Positions 11,012-20,987 of a stretch of DNA of 64,000 nt are shown here, in pieces. The notes under the pieces were generated by a model, which was given only the letters and a program-made list of their open reading frames with translations, made no database searches and was not told the origin of the DNA. Source of the DNA: Desulfuromonadales bacterium (GTDB lineage Bacteria; Desulfobacterota; Desulfuromonadia; Desulfuromonadales; SZUA-540); NCBI GenBank assembly GCA_033549025.1, contig JAWSUS010000006.1, positions 1-64,000 of the forward strand, given 5' to 3'. A program made the translations under genes and the position numbers. Every line of letters starts with the position of its first letter. Positions within the stretch are counted from its first letter, which is position 1.

Positions 11012-11110
11012 CGTAAAGACGGTCGACGTGAAAAGGGGAGGGCTGAAAAAGTTGTTATTTTTCGCGGCAATTCGGGGTGGAGCCAACTTTTTGGTGTCGC
11101 AATTCTGACA
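11012..11110. promoter_or_regulatory. Putative enhancer (bEBP/PrsR) boxes
   Basis: CGTAAAGACGGTCGACG (11012-11028) and TGTCGCAATTCTGACA (11095-11110, TGT-N10-ACA), upstream of the sigma54 site. Confidence 0.45.
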
Positions 11111-11287
11111 CAAGCTCCCAAATATTGCCAAAACACCTGTGCTGCTGCCGTTTTTCGGTTCAGGGCGACATTTTTCAATATGGTGGCGCCAGGGATGGAA
11201 GGGGCAACCGACTGTCTTTTTAATGAGTTGGAGGGGGAGGGGAGAGTGTTGCAATAGTGCTACAGCAGGACGGGTTCCGGATACCGT

Positions 11288-11974
11288 TTACCAAAAACGC
11301 CACTGCCCGGTTTGCAGCACGTAGATGCCCAGGGCGAGGTTGGCGATGGCGTGGGCCAGGATGCACTGGGCGATACTGCGGGTTTTGTAGAGCAGCAGAT
11401 TGAAGAGAGCGCCGGCGATGATGCCGGCGATGAGATAGTGATGTTCAAGACCAAAAAGAACGCTGGCGATTAAGAATGAGGGCCAGGTGAAGGCGCCGAT
11501 GGCGACCGTGGCGAATTGACTTTTGATGAGGTACCGGAGTAAAAAGGAGCGCCAGAAAAGCTCTTCCATGATGGGTACGACGATGACGGCCCCGGCCAGG
11601 CGACAGGCAATGAAGGCGTAGCGGTTGGCCTCTTCGGCGATGGTTTGCGGGTTGAAGCCTGCCGATTCTCCCTGCGAGATGAGACTCCAGTCGAGGTGGA
11701 TCCACAACGCGAAGATCAGCAGGCCGGTGAGGATGCTGAGCACGGTGGTTTTGAGCTGCAGCCAGTGGCGGAAGTTTATTTCATCGTAGAATTTGCGATA
11801 GAAGATCAGCAGGGCGCCGACGGAAAAGACTTTTAGGGCATAAAGAGGATAGAGGATCTGCGTATCGAGCAGGATGAGCTGCTGGCCATGGAGGTGCCGC
11901 ATCAGCTCTTCGATGCCCACGAAGACCATAAATACCGTGAAGGGAAGGACTCTGGACCAGAAGTTCTGATTCAA
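11288..11974 (-). CDS. CPBP (CAAX prenyl protease-related) intramembrane glutamic protease, PEP-CTERM locus type
   Basis: MEELFWR, FGLEH and ILAHAIAN motifs in a multi-TM protein ending GQWRFW. TTG start at 11974 is approximate; the longer ORF extension overlaps trmJ. Confidence 0.85.
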   Translation of the reverse strand: MNQNFWSRVLPFTVFMVFVGIEELMRHLHGQQLILLDTQILYPLYALKVFSVGALLIFYRKFYDEINFRHWLQLKTTVLSILTGLLIFALWIHLDWSLISQGESAGFNPQTIAEEANRYAFIACRLAGAVIVVPIMEELFWRSFLLRYLIKSQFATVAIGAFTWPSFLIASVLFGLEHHYLIAGIIAGALFNLLLYKTRSIAQCILAHAIANLALGIYVLQTGQWRFW

Positions 11975-12070
11975 TGCGCATTCCGTCTTAAGGGGTGACT
12001 TGCGGTGGCGAAGAGCGACCTCTTTCCTGCCGTTCCATTGTAAAGGGCTTTGCTGGAAAATCCAGTAGGA

Positions 12071-12826
12071 ATGAATCTGTCTATGAATCTCGATAACGTG
12101 GCGGTGGTCCTGGTCGAACCCCAGGGCGCCCTTAATATCGGCTCGGTGTGCCGGGCCATGATGAATTTCGGTTTTTCGGATCTGCGTCTGGTTGAGCCCC
12201 AGGTCGATCATCTGGCGGATGAGGCGCGGCGCATGGCCGTCAAGGCCGGCGTGCTGCTCGATGAAGCCCGGGTATTTGACAGCCTGGAGGCAGCGCTGGC
12301 CGATTGTCAGTTTGCCTTGGGAACGACCCGGCGGTTCGGCAAGTATCGCGAGGATTTTCTGCACCCGGATGAAGCGGCTGATCAGTTTCTCCCCCTGGCG
12401 GAGAGGGGGCGGGTCGCCTTGGTATTCGGACGGGAGGACAAGGGACTACTGACCAATGAGCTGGATCTGTGCCAGCGTTTTATCACCATCCCTACCCACG
12501 ATGCTTTGCCATCGATGAATCTGGCCCAGGCCGTTTCCCTCTGTCTCTATGAAACCTCCCGGGCTCTTGGCCGAGCGCAGGGAAAGGTCGCCGGCCGCAA
12601 AAAATTGGCGACGTCGAAGGTTCTGGAAGGCATGTATGCTCATCTTCGCCGCACCCTTCTCGATATCGGCTTTCTCGATCCGCAAAATCCCGACCATATT
12701 CTGCGCTCTTTTCGACGGATTTTCGGTCGCGCCGGCCTCAACGACAGGGAGGTGCGCATTCTGCACGGCTTGTGCCGGAGCATTGACTGGGTGGAAGAAG
12801 AACGAAGGAAAAAAGGTGAAAAATGA
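12071..12826 (+). CDS. trmJ: SPOUT RNA methyltransferase, TrmJ/LasT family
   Basis: VVLVEPQGALNIGSVCRAMMNFG, ALVFGREDKGL, SMNLAQAV. Start is 12071 or 12083. Confidence 0.8.
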   Translation: MNLSMNLDNVAVVLVEPQGALNIGSVCRAMMNFGFSDLRLVEPQVDHLADEARRMAVKAGVLLDEARVFDSLEAALADCQFALGTTRRFGKYREDFLHPDEAADQFLPLAERGRVALVFGREDKGLLTNELDLCQRFITIPTHDALPSMNLAQAVSLCLYETSRALGRAQGKVAGRKKLATSKVLEGMYAHLRRTLLDIGFLDPQNPDHILRSFRRIFGRAGLNDREVRILHGLCRSIDWVEEERRKKGEK

Positions 12827-13218
12827 GTCTACTGCTGGATCGTCGGGTGTTGGAAAATGGTGTTGTCGTCGAGTTTTTTGATCGATCAAATCGTTACTTT
12901 GGCGACTATCACCGGATCTGTATCGATGTAAGTTGCCGCATCCCTCTTTCGGTGGAGATTTTCGGAACAGCCGGTGATGCTCAGGAAAAGTACCGCAATG
13001 CCCGATCCGCCTTGGGTGAGGAGGCCGTTTATCGTCGCACCCTGGATCGCATGGGGGTGGCGGGGGCGGAGGTGGAAGAAACCCGCCAAAAGATGCTGGA
13101 CGAATTTTGCAGGGCCAACATTCCCTACATGAGTTCGCCCGAGTTTCCGGCCCGTTTTGTGGCGAAGGAAATGTCCAAAGCCCGCAAACCTCGTCATCTC
13201 TTTGTGCCGAAACCATGA
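12823..13218 (+). CDS. Hypothetical protein
   Basis: 131-aa ORF with ATGA overlaps to both neighbours. Confidence 0.75.
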   Translation: MSLLLDRRVLENGVVVEFFDRSNRYFGDYHRICIDVSCRIPLSVEIFGTAGDAQEKYRNARSALGEEAVYRRTLDRMGVAGAEVEETRQKMLDEFCRANIPYMSSPEFPARFVAKEMSKARKPRHLFVPKP

Positions 13219-14501
13219 CCGTCACAATCCGCATAGATTCGCTGGCTTTTGGTGGCCGAGGGGTTGGACGGCTGGATGGCAAGGCCGTCTTTGTGCCAGG
13301 TACCGCCCCGGGGGATCTGATTCGCTGCCGCACTGTCCGTGAAAAGAAGCGCCATGCCGAGGCCGAACTGGTCGAAGTGCTGGAACCGTCCCCACTCCGG
13401 CGGCAACCCCCTTGCCCCGTGGCCCACGAGTGTGGCGGCTGTCAATGGCAGCATCTGCCTTATGAGCAGCAACTGGTCTGGAAGGAAAAGATCTTTCGCG
13501 ACATTCTGGTGCGGCAGGCCGGTGTCGATGGGGCCAAGGTCTTGTCGATTTTGCCTTCCGCAAAGGAGTGGGGCTACCGCAGTCGCGTGCAGTTCAAATG
13601 CCGCATGACGGAGAGTGGTTTCGTCATGGGGTTTTATCGGGCAGGCAGTCACTATGTTGTCGATATGGCGCGCTGCCCGATTACTGACGAGCGGCTCAAT
13701 GACCTGCTGCCTGCTCTGCGTTCCTTTTTGGGGACATCCCCTTTTGCCAGCGTGATTCCTCAGATCGATATGGCCGTGGGAGATGATGGGCGCTGCCGGG
13801 TTGTCATCCATTTTTTAGGGCCCGATCCCGATGCCTTTCATCGCTGGCTCAATCAGCCGGCTCGAAAGATGGAAGCCTCTCTGTTTGTGCAGTCCGGTCG
13901 TAAAGAGACCCTGCACCAGGTCTATGGCGAAACGGATTTACGCATCCAGGTGGTGGAACCTCCCATGACGTTGGCCTATGGCCCTGGAGGATTCGCTCAG
14001 ATCAATCTGGAGCAGAACAGACGCCTGGTGATGGAGGTGCTCGCTGCTGCCGAACTGACCGGCAGGGAGAATGTGCTGGATCTTTTTTGCGGCATGGGGA
14101 ACTTTTCATTGCCTCTTGCCCGTCAGGCTGCTTCGGTGACCGGCGTTGAGGACTTTGAGCCTTCCATCGAGAAAGCGCGCCAAAACGCTCGGGACAACGG
14201 CATTGCCAATGCTCATTTCCTGGCCCGGCCAGCCGAGGGAGCGCTCCATGACCTGTCACAAGGAGCCCCTTTTGACCTGGTCCTGCTCGACCCGCCGCGC
14301 AGTGGCGCCTATGGTGTGGTCAAGGAACTCGTTGCTGCCGAGGTGCCTCGAATTCTTTACATTTCGTGTGACCCCTCGACTCTGGCCAGGGACCTGCAGC
14401 CCCTGACTCATCAGGGTTATGCCTTGGCCTGGTCGCGGCCCTTTGATCTTTTTCCGCAGACCTTTCACACGGAAAGCCTGACTCTTTTGGTGAAAGAATG
14501 A
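13215..14501 (+). CDS. rlmD: 23S rRNA (uracil-5)-methyltransferase RlmD/RumA
   Basis: TRAM domain, CPVAHECGGCQWQH Fe-S motif, LDLFCGMGNF, LDPPRSG, YISCDPSTLARD, DLFPQTFHTE. Confidence 0.9.
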   Translation: MTVTIRIDSLAFGGRGVGRLDGKAVFVPGTAPGDLIRCRTVREKKRHAEAELVEVLEPSPLRRQPPCPVAHECGGCQWQHLPYEQQLVWKEKIFRDILVRQAGVDGAKVLSILPSAKEWGYRSRVQFKCRMTESGFVMGFYRAGSHYVVDMARCPITDERLNDLLPALRSFLGTSPFASVIPQIDMAVGDDGRCRVVIHFLGPDPDAFHRWLNQPARKMEASLFVQSGRKETLHQVYGETDLRIQVVEPPMTLAYGPGGFAQINLEQNRRLVMEVLAAAELTGRENVLDLFCGMGNFSLPLARQAASVTGVEDFEPSIEKARQNARDNGIANAHFLARPAEGALHDLSQGAPFDLVLLDPPRSGAYGVVKELVAAEVPRILYISCDPSTLARDLQPLTHQGYALAWSRPFDLFPQTFHTESLTLLVKE

Positions 14502-14594
14502 GGAATGGTGTGGCGTAAGGCTCGCAACTGGCATTCAAGACACCTTGTGTTATAAAGATAGAAATACCCTTAATATCCAACCTTGGAGATGATT

Positions 14595-15275
14595 ATGCCG
14601 AAACTCAGGGTTCTTTTTGGTCTTTTTGTGATTTTGCTGGCTTGTAGCTGCACGCAGGATTACCGGGCCAGCATTGCCAGCGACATGGAAAGCCTTGTGC
14701 TGGCTGACGACATGGTGTTGGGAATTCGTCTTCCGGGGGATAACTGGAAGATATCGCCGGAACCACCTTTGACCCTGGTCGAAGAGATGGCCGCACACAT
14801 CGAGCATGAGTTGGAAGAAAAGGGGCAGCTGGCCAGTCCCCCGACCAGAGAACAATTGAAAAATGCGGCTTTGAAAAAGTTGCAGTCCAATGAAGGGTAT
14901 GTCTTTAATCCGACCACAGGGGCGCACCTCGATGTCGATATCAGTCGCCTGGGCGAGGGTGATATGGCTCCTTCCGCTCGTGGTGTCGAAAACTCCGCCC
15001 GCTATGCCGTAAGCTCCCTTGAGGGAGACGAAGGAGTCAGTGCTGTCGTGGCCCGGGTTGAAAAAAACCGTCTGGCCGGAACCCAATATGCCTGGCGCAT
15101 ATCAGCGGACTACAAAATGCACGAAGAGCCGCGCCGATTCGTGGGCATTGTGGCCTTTGCCTCACCCTACTGGGTGTACCTCTACTATACCGACCCCCTG
15201 AAAAATGATACGGATTATGGCGAGATGGAGGAGATGCTCCGGTCCGCTGTTCTGGGCTTTAAGGCGACCCCCTGA
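14595..15275 (+). CDS. Hypothetical lipoprotein
   Basis: GGAG RBS; signal MPKLRVLFGLFVILLACSC with a lipobox-type Cys. Confidence 0.7.
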   Translation: MPKLRVLFGLFVILLACSCTQDYRASIASDMESLVLADDMVLGIRLPGDNWKISPEPPLTLVEEMAAHIEHELEEKGQLASPPTREQLKNAALKKLQSNEGYVFNPTTGAHLDVDISRLGEGDMAPSARGVENSARYAVSSLEGDEGVSAVVARVEKNRLAGTQYAWRISADYKMHEEPRRFVGIVAFASPYWVYLYYTDPLKNDTDYGEMEEMLRSAVLGFKATP

Positions 15276-15340
15276 TGTAAATAGTGGTTGCAATTTCCAT
15301 CTGTTCGTGTTAGGAACATGTTGTTTAATTTGTTCACAGT

Positions 15341-15370
15341 AAAAAGTGAGCTTCACCGCTCACTTTTTTT
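15341..15370 (+). promoter_or_regulatory. rimP/nusA operon leader terminator-like hairpin
   Basis: AAAAAGTGAGC-TTCACC-GCTCACTTTTTTT, ~20 nt upstream of the rimP ATG. Confidence 0.7.
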
Positions 15371-15389
15371 GTTTTTCGGAGCTTGATCT

Positions 15390-15878
15390 ATGGTGCAGGA
15401 AACAACTCTCGCTCGCGTACAACAATTGGCAGAGCCTATTCTGGCCGATTTTGGGCTGGAGATGGTTGATGTCGAATTCAAGCGCGAAGGAAGAGACTGG
15501 TTTCTTCGGTTTTTTATCGACAAGGAAGGCGGCGTTACCCTCGATGATTGCGCCGATTTCAGCCGCGAAATTGGGGCTGTTCTTGAGATCGAAGACGTGA
15601 TTGATGTGGCCTATCGGCTCGAAGTTTCATCGCCCGGACTCGATCGTCCCTTGAAAAAGCCGCAGGATTATGAGCGTTACCGGGGGCGACTGGTCAAAGT
15701 CAAAACCTACGAGAAGCTGGACCCGGACGGTCGCGGGCACGAACGCAAGACGTTCGAGGGGGAATTGCTGGGCCTCCAAGAGGGTCTGGTACGCATCCGG
15801 CAGACCGATAAGAAAGGTGGCATCGTCGAGATTGATCTGAATGCCATTGCCAAGGCCAATCTGGAAATAGAATTCTGA
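15390..15878 (+). CDS. rimP: Ribosome maturation factor RimP
   Basis: IDKEGGVTLDDC, YRLEVSSPGLDRPL; first gene of the nusA-infB operon. Confidence 0.95.
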   Translation: MVQETTLARVQQLAEPILADFGLEMVDVEFKREGRDWFLRFFIDKEGGVTLDDCADFSREIGAVLEIEDVIDVAYRLEVSSPGLDRPLKKPQDYERYRGRLVKVKTYEKLDPDGRGHERKTFEGELLGLQEGLVRIRQTDKKGGIVEIDLNAIAKANLEIEF

Positions 15879-15981
15879 GACTTAAAAGGTCTTGATGTAA
15901 AATTTAAAATCGACACGCCAAGGCGAATAGGTCAACTTCGCTGCTGCCGGCGGCGAGAAGAATATACAGGGAGATGTCTGG

Positions 15982-17250
15982 ATGGTTACAAATCTTAATC
16001 ACATCATTGATCAGGTTGTTAAGGACAAGGGGGTGGACAGGGCCATTCTGGTTGAAGCCCTTGAGTCGGCTGTGCTTTCCGCCGCCAACAAGAAGTACCG
16101 CAACACCCGTGATCTTGAAGCACACTATAACGACGAGATGGGCGAGGTCGAACTCTTCGAGTTCGTCACTGTCGTCGAGGATGTGCAGGACTCCTATAAG
16201 GAAATCTCCGTGGAGGAGGCCCGTGAAATTGACCCCGAGGTTGAAGTCGGCGACTCCCTCGGGATGAAAATGGACGCCAGCAACTTCAGCCGCATTGCTG
16301 CCCAGACGGCCAAGCAGGTGATCATTCAGAAGGTGCGTGAAGCTGAGCGGGAAGGGGTCTATAACGAATTCAAGGACAGGGTCGGTGAACTGCTCAACGG
16401 CATTGTCCGTCGTTATGAGCGCGGCGATCTGATCGTCGATCTCGGTCGCGCTGAAGCGCTGCTGCCGCACCGGGAACAGGTTCCCCGGGAGAATTATCGC
16501 CAGGGAGACCGTGTTCGCGCCTATGTTTCGGAAGTCAAAATGTCTCCGAAGGGGCCCCAGATTATCCTGTCCCGGACCCACCCCGGTGTGGTCTCCGCCC
16601 TTTTTCAGGTTGAAGTGCCCGAGATATATGAAGGCATTGTGGAGATCAAGGCCGCTGCACGCGAACCTGGCAGCCGTGCCAAGATCGCCGTCGTCTCCCA
16701 TGATCCTGATGTCGACCCAGTCGGGGCCTGTGTCGGGATGCGAGGATCCCGCGTTCAGAATGTCGTCTCTGAGCTGCGCGGTGAAAAGATCGATATTATC
16801 CCCTGGTCTCCCGACATCGCCCGGTTTGCCTGTGCGGCCCTGGCGCCTGCTGAAGTAACCCGTGTCTACGTTGATAACGAAGAGCAGGCCCTGGAGATTA
16901 TCGTGCCTGATGATCAACTCTCCCTTGCCATCGGCAAAAAAGGGCAGAACGTCCGTCTTGCCGCCAAGCTGACGGGCTGGAAGATCGACATCAAGAGCGA
17001 ATCGCGGGCAGCTGAAGCAGAGATGGAGGAGCTCGGCGGTGAGGCCGATGAGGAAAGCGCAGGTAAGCCCTCGTCTTCAATGTCTCTGGGGTATGATTCT
17101 CTGTCCAGGGATGAGCTTTACGAACTGGCCAAACAGCACAATATTCCCGGGCGCAGCTCCATGAACAAGGACGAGCTTGTTGCCGCGCTCAAAGGCCTTT
17201 CCGCTGAGTCGGAAGCGCCTGACGAGGTCTTGGAAGAAGGGGGAGAGTAG
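15982..17250 (+). CDS. nusA: Transcription factor NusA with C-terminal Rho_N-like tail
   Basis: [12 protein letters not shown]1 domain, KH domains ([32 protein letters not shown]). Confidence 0.97.
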   Translation: MVTNLNHIIDQVVKDKGVDRAILVEALESAVLSAANKKYRNTRDLEAHYNDEMGEVELFEFVTVVEDVQDSYKEISVEEAREIDPEVEVGDSLGMKMDASNFSRIAAQTAKQVIIQKVREAEREGVYNEFKDRVGELLNGIVRRYERGDLIVDLGRAEALLPHREQVPRENYRQGDRVRAYVSEVKMSPKGPQIILSRTHPGVVSALFQVEVPEIYEGIVEIKAAAREPGSRAKIAVVSHDPDVDPVGACVGMRGSRVQNVVSELRGEKIDIIPWSPDIARFACAALAPAEVTRVYVDNEEQALEIIVPDDQLSLAIGKKGQNVRLAAKLTGWKIDIKSESRAAEAEMEELGGEADEESAGKPSSSMSLGYDSLSRDELYELAKQHNIPGRSSMNKDELVAALKGLSAESEAPDEVLEEGGE

Positions 17251-17255
17251 CCCGA

Positions 17256-17852
17256 TTGGCTGCCAGCAGTCATAAAACCGAGCGGACGTGCCTCGGTTGT
17301 CGCGAAACCTTTGACCCGCAGCAACTGGTAAGGTACGTTGTAAGTCCTCAAGGTGAGATTCTGGTGGACTACCGGAAGAAGCTGCCCGGCCGAGGAGCCT
17401 ATACCTGCCTGAAGCGGCAGTGTATCGCGGATGCAGTGAAAAAACGTCAATTCAGTCGTGCTTTTCGAGGTAAGGCTGAAGATGTTTCAGCCGAGACGCT
17501 GACGGAATTGTTGGTGACGGAAATCAGGAGCCGGATTCTTTCCCTGATTGGGATGGCTCGCAAATCAGGCTGTCTGGTGACCGGCAGCAATCTGGTTCTG
17601 ACGGCGCTGTCGTCGCCTGATTCCTTGAACTCCATTATCCTCTCTACCGATATTTCTGAGGGGATTGGGGATAAGATCAGAAGCAAGGCCGGTCATCTTG
17701 GGGTTCCCTGCTTCGCTTTTTCCACCAAGGAAGAGTTGGGCCATCTGCTGGGCAAGGAAGAACGGAGCGTTGTCGGGATCAAACCCGGCGGGCTGGCAAA
17801 TTCGATTATTGAGGAACTATCACGATATAAGCACATCGCAGGGGAGTTTTGA
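17256..17852 (+). CDS. YlxR (DUF448/RnpM) - L7Ae/YlxQ fusion protein
   Basis: ERTCLGCR...GRGAYTC (YlxR), followed by [11 protein letters not shown]...[10 protein letters not shown] (L7Ae-like). Confidence 0.85.
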   Translation: MAASSHKTERTCLGCRETFDPQQLVRYVVSPQGEILVDYRKKLPGRGAYTCLKRQCIADAVKKRQFSRAFRGKAEDVSAETLTELLVTEIRSRILSLIGMARKSGCLVTGSNLVLTALSSPDSLNSIILSTDISEGIGDKIRSKAGHLGVPCFAFSTKEELGHLLGKEERSVVGIKPGGLANSIIEELSRYKHIAGEF

Positions 17853-20665
17853 TGGGAAAGACAAGGGTATACGAACTGGCACAGAAACTCGGGCTTGAAA
17901 ACAAAGATCTTCTGGAGCGCCTTCAGGAAGCGGGAATTGACGCCAAAACCCATATGAGCGTTCTCGAGGAAGATGACGTCCGCAAGTTTGAGGCGGCCTC
18001 CACTCCTGCAGTCGAAAAGATCGAAGAAGAGAGGATCACGCCAGGAATTATTCGTCGTCGTCGCAAGGAGGTTCCTCCTGCGGCCACAGCTGCGAGTGCT
18101 GAAGAGCCATCAGCCCCTGAAAAGGTTGAGGAGACTGCTGCTCCCTCTGAGGAGAAAGTCGCCAAAGCAACCGCCGAGACCCCGGTGAGTGTGGCGAAGA
18201 AGGATGAGCCTGCCGCGCCTGTTAAGGCTAAGGCGGCTGATAAAAAGGGTGATGATACACCAGTGAAGGAGGCGACCGCCGAAAAGGTTGTGGCTGAAAC
18301 CGCTGTTGAGGAACCTGCCCCCAAAGCCGCCGCTCCGGCGCCCAAGGCTGAACCCGAGATGCCCGCCAAGGCGCAGGAAACAGTCGTCAAGGCTCCCACC
18401 GCAGCGCCTTCTGCCAAAGAGCAACCCCCCGCTGAAGAGAAAACTGTTTCCGCACCCAAGGCCACCAAGCCGACGGCTTCCCGGGCTAAAATCCTTGGCC
18501 GTGTCGAGCTGCCGAGACAGGCGCCCGCGCAACAGCCAGGACGGCGCGCCGAGGCTCCCGCTGCCCATCGCGGTGAAGGTGGTGCCCCTGATCGTGGAGC
18601 GCTCCGCCGCGAAGCCGGTGCTCCTGCCAAGCGGCGTGGAGACATGGGCGCCGGGCGTCCTTCCGCTCCGACCCTGCCGCCGCCTTCCCTGGGTGAGCCC
18701 TTCGCCGGGAAGGAAGTTCGCGGCGGCAAAAAGAAGAAGAAGGGAAAAGGGGCCGATTACAGCGAGTCGCAGGGGGATGGTCTGCGCCGTAAAGGGCGTC
18801 GCGAAGTCTTCGAACCCGATCACGCCGATCGAAGCCGCCGGGGTCGTAAGGCCGCGAAGCCGATCAAAAAGACCGAAATTACCGTTTCCAAGGCGATCAA
18901 GCGGATTATCAAGATCAGCGATGTCATCACTGTGGGCGAACTCGCCAAACGCATGGGAATCAAGGCGAATGATCTCATCCGGGAATTGATGCGGCAGGGG
19001 ACGATGGTGACGATCAACCATCCTCTCGATTTCGACACGGCCGCTATTCTCGCCTCCGAATTCAACTACGAAGTCGAGAACGTTGCCTTTGATGAAGAAA
19101 CGGTTCTCGAACACGCCGGGATCAAAGAGGGTGAAAAAGAGAACCCTGAAGATCTTAAAGGCCGTCCCCCCGTGGTTACGATCATGGGTCACGTCGACCA
19201 CGGTAAAACCAGTCTTCTTGACGCCATCCGGGCGACCAACGTAACGGAAGGTGAGGCCGGCGGCATTACCCAGCATATCGGCGCTTACGATGTTGAGCTT
19301 GACGGCAGGAAGATCAGTTTCCTTGATACCCCGGGCCATGAGGCCTTTACGGCCATGCGTGCCCGTGGGGCCAAGGTAACGGATATCGTTATCCTTGTTG
19401 TTGCTGCCGATGACGGCGTCATGCCGCAGACCAAGGAAGCGATCAATCACTCCAAGGCGGCCGAGGTTCCTATTATTGTCGCCATCAACAAGATGGATAA
19501 GCCGGAAGCCAACCCGGATCGCGTCAAGCAGGAACTCACGGAATTTGGCCTTGTCCCGGAAAGCTGGGGTGGTGAAACGATCTTTGTGGAAGTCAGCGCG
19601 AAACAGCGTCTTAACATCGATCAACTGCTGGAGATGATCCTCCTGCAGGCTGAGGTGATGGATCTCAAGGCGAATCCGGATAAGCACGCCAAGGGGGCTA
19701 TTGTCGAAGCCCGTCTTGACAAGGGCCGGGGTCCTGTCGCGACGGTGCTTGTTCAGGAAGGCACCCTGCGCATTGGTGATCCCATAGTCAGCGGCGTTCA
19801 TTTCGGCCGGGTGAGAACCATGACCGATGACCGCGGTGGACGCGTTACCGAAGCCGGGCCTTCTGTGCCCGTCGAGGTTACCGGGCTGTCCGGTGTTCCT
19901 GATGCCGGTGATACGTTCCACGCCGTCGATGACGAAAAGACGGCCAAGGATGTCGCTCAACATCGCCAGCAGAAGCTTCGAGAGGCGGAACTCGCCAAAA
20001 CGAGCAAGATTTCTCTGGAGCAGCTGTATGCCCGAATCCAGCAGGGGGATGTCAAGGAACTCAAAGTCATCATCAAGGGGGACGTTCAGGGCTCCGTCGA
20101 GGCGGTCAAGGACTCTCTTCTCAAGCTGTCTACGGATGCCTGCCGCCTGCTCGTCATTCATACCGGCGTTGGCGGTATCACCGAAAGCGATGTGACTCTG
20201 GCCACCGCTTCAGACGCCATCGTCCTTGGATTCAACGTGCGTCCCGAAGCCAAGGCTACCTCGCTGGCCGAAGCGGAAGGGGTCGATATTCGCCTGTACA
20301 ACATCATTTATGACGCGGTCGCCGATATTCGTGACGCCATGGAAGGTCTGCTGGCGCCGACCTTCCGCGAAAAGCATCTGGGGCGCGCCGAGGTCAGGGA
20401 GACTTTCTCCATCTCGAAAGTTGGCACCATTGCCGGCTGCTACGTGGTGGACGGCAAGATTCTTCGTTCCTCCCAGGTTCGTCTTGTTCGCGACAGTGTT
20501 GTCGTCTGGGAAGGCAAGCTGAGCTCCCTGAAGCGTTTCAAGGATGATGTCAAAGAGGTGGCCACCGGCTATGAATGTGGCATAAGTCTTGAGAACTACA
20601 ATGATATCAAGGTCGGGGACTTCATAGAAGCCTTCGAGATGGAAGCTATCAAGACCACTCTTTAA
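17852..20665 (+). CDS. infB: Translation initiation factor IF-2
   Basis: RVYELA N-terminus, Ala/Pro/Glu-rich linker, [32 protein letters not shown]. Confidence 0.98.
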   Translation: MGKTRVYELAQKLGLENKDLLERLQEAGIDAKTHMSVLEEDDVRKFEAASTPAVEKIEEERITPGIIRRRRKEVPPAATAASAEEPSAPEKVEETAAPSEEKVAKATAETPVSVAKKDEPAAPVKAKAADKKGDDTPVKEATAEKVVAETAVEEPAPKAAAPAPKAEPEMPAKAQETVVKAPTAAPSAKEQPPAEEKTVSAPKATKPTASRAKILGRVELPRQAPAQQPGRRAEAPAAHRGEGGAPDRGALRREAGAPAKRRGDMGAGRPSAPTLPPPSLGEPFAGKEVRGGKKKKKGKGADYSESQGDGLRRKGRREVFEPDHADRSRRGRKAAKPIKKTEITVSKAIKRIIKISDVITVGELAKRMGIKANDLIRELMRQGTMVTINHPLDFDTAAILASEFNYEVENVAFDEETVLEHAGIKEGEKENPEDLKGRPPVVTIMGHVDHGKTSLLDAIRATNVTEGEAGGITQHIGAYDVELDGRKISFLDTPGHEAFTAMRARGAKVTDIVILVVAADDGVMPQTKEAINHSKAAEVPIIVAINKMDKPEANPDRVKQELTEFGLVPESWGGETIFVEVSAKQRLNIDQLLEMILLQAEVMDLKANPDKHAKGAIVEARLDKGRGPVATVLVQEGTLRIGDPIVSGVHFGRVRTMTDDRGGRVTEAGPSVPVEVTGLSGVPDAGDTFHAVDDEKTAKDVAQHRQQKLREAELAKTSKISLEQLYARIQQGDVKELKVIIKGDVQGSVEAVKDSLLKLSTDACRLLVIHTGVGGITESDVTLATASDAIVLGFNVRPEAKATSLAEAEGVDIRLYNIIYDAVADIRDAMEGLLAPTFREKHLGRAEVRETFSISKVGTIAGCYVVDGKILRSSQVRLVRDSVVVWEGKLSSLKRFKDDVKEVATGYECGISLENYNDIKVGDFIEAFEMEAIKTTL

Positions 20666-20679
20666 AGAGGGCTTAAGTC

Positions 20680-20970
20680 ATGGTTGTCGGCATCATGAGG
20701 ATTGATCTTCATTTGCATGCCCCACAGAATCTCAAGGAAAAACGCAGTGTGGTCAAAAGAATCATCGGCCGCTGCCGCGAGAGATTCCCGGTGTCCGCAG
20801 CCGAGGTTGGCAGTCAGGACCTTTGGCAGCGGGCCGAGTTAGGGGTCTGCATGGTCGCCACCAACGAAGCCGATATCCAGACCGTATTCAGTCACATTGA
20901 AGATGAGATTGACCGTCTGGCGCTGGCTGATGTACTCGACCAGAACACGGAATTCTTGCACTATTCATAA
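20680..20970 (+). CDS. DUF503 (YlxP) family protein
   Basis: [10 protein letters not shown]...[18 protein letters not shown]; lies between infB and rbfA. Confidence 0.88.
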   Translation: MVVGIMRIDLHLHAPQNLKEKRSVVKRIIGRCRERFPVSAAEVGSQDLWQRAELGVCMVATNEADIQTVFSHIEDEIDRLALADVLDQNTEFLHYS

Positions 20971-20987
20971 AAAGAAGGCTTTATTCA

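Noticed and set aside
11975..12364. N-terminal 130 aa of the 358-aa CPBP ORF
   Set aside because: It overlaps trmJ on the opposite strand; protease-like hydrophobic sequence begins only near 11974.
14511..14526. sigma54-like TGGCGTA-N4-TCGCA before the lipoprotein gene
   Set aside because: Spacing is correct but the match is weak, and an extended -10 (TGTTATAAA) nearby explains the promoter equally well.
18060..18720. Ala/Pro/Glu/Lys-rich low-complexity stretch
   Set aside because: This is the ordinary variable N-terminal linker of IF-2; no true DNA tandem repeat.
18110..20161. 683-aa minus-strand ORF, and similar long antisense ORFs at 24205-25965, 30444-31679, 36653-38470, 40016-41350 and 44480-45559
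   Set aside because: Each lies wholly opposite a conserved housekeeping gene and has no recognisable motif; these are typical antisense shadows of GC-rich codon usage.
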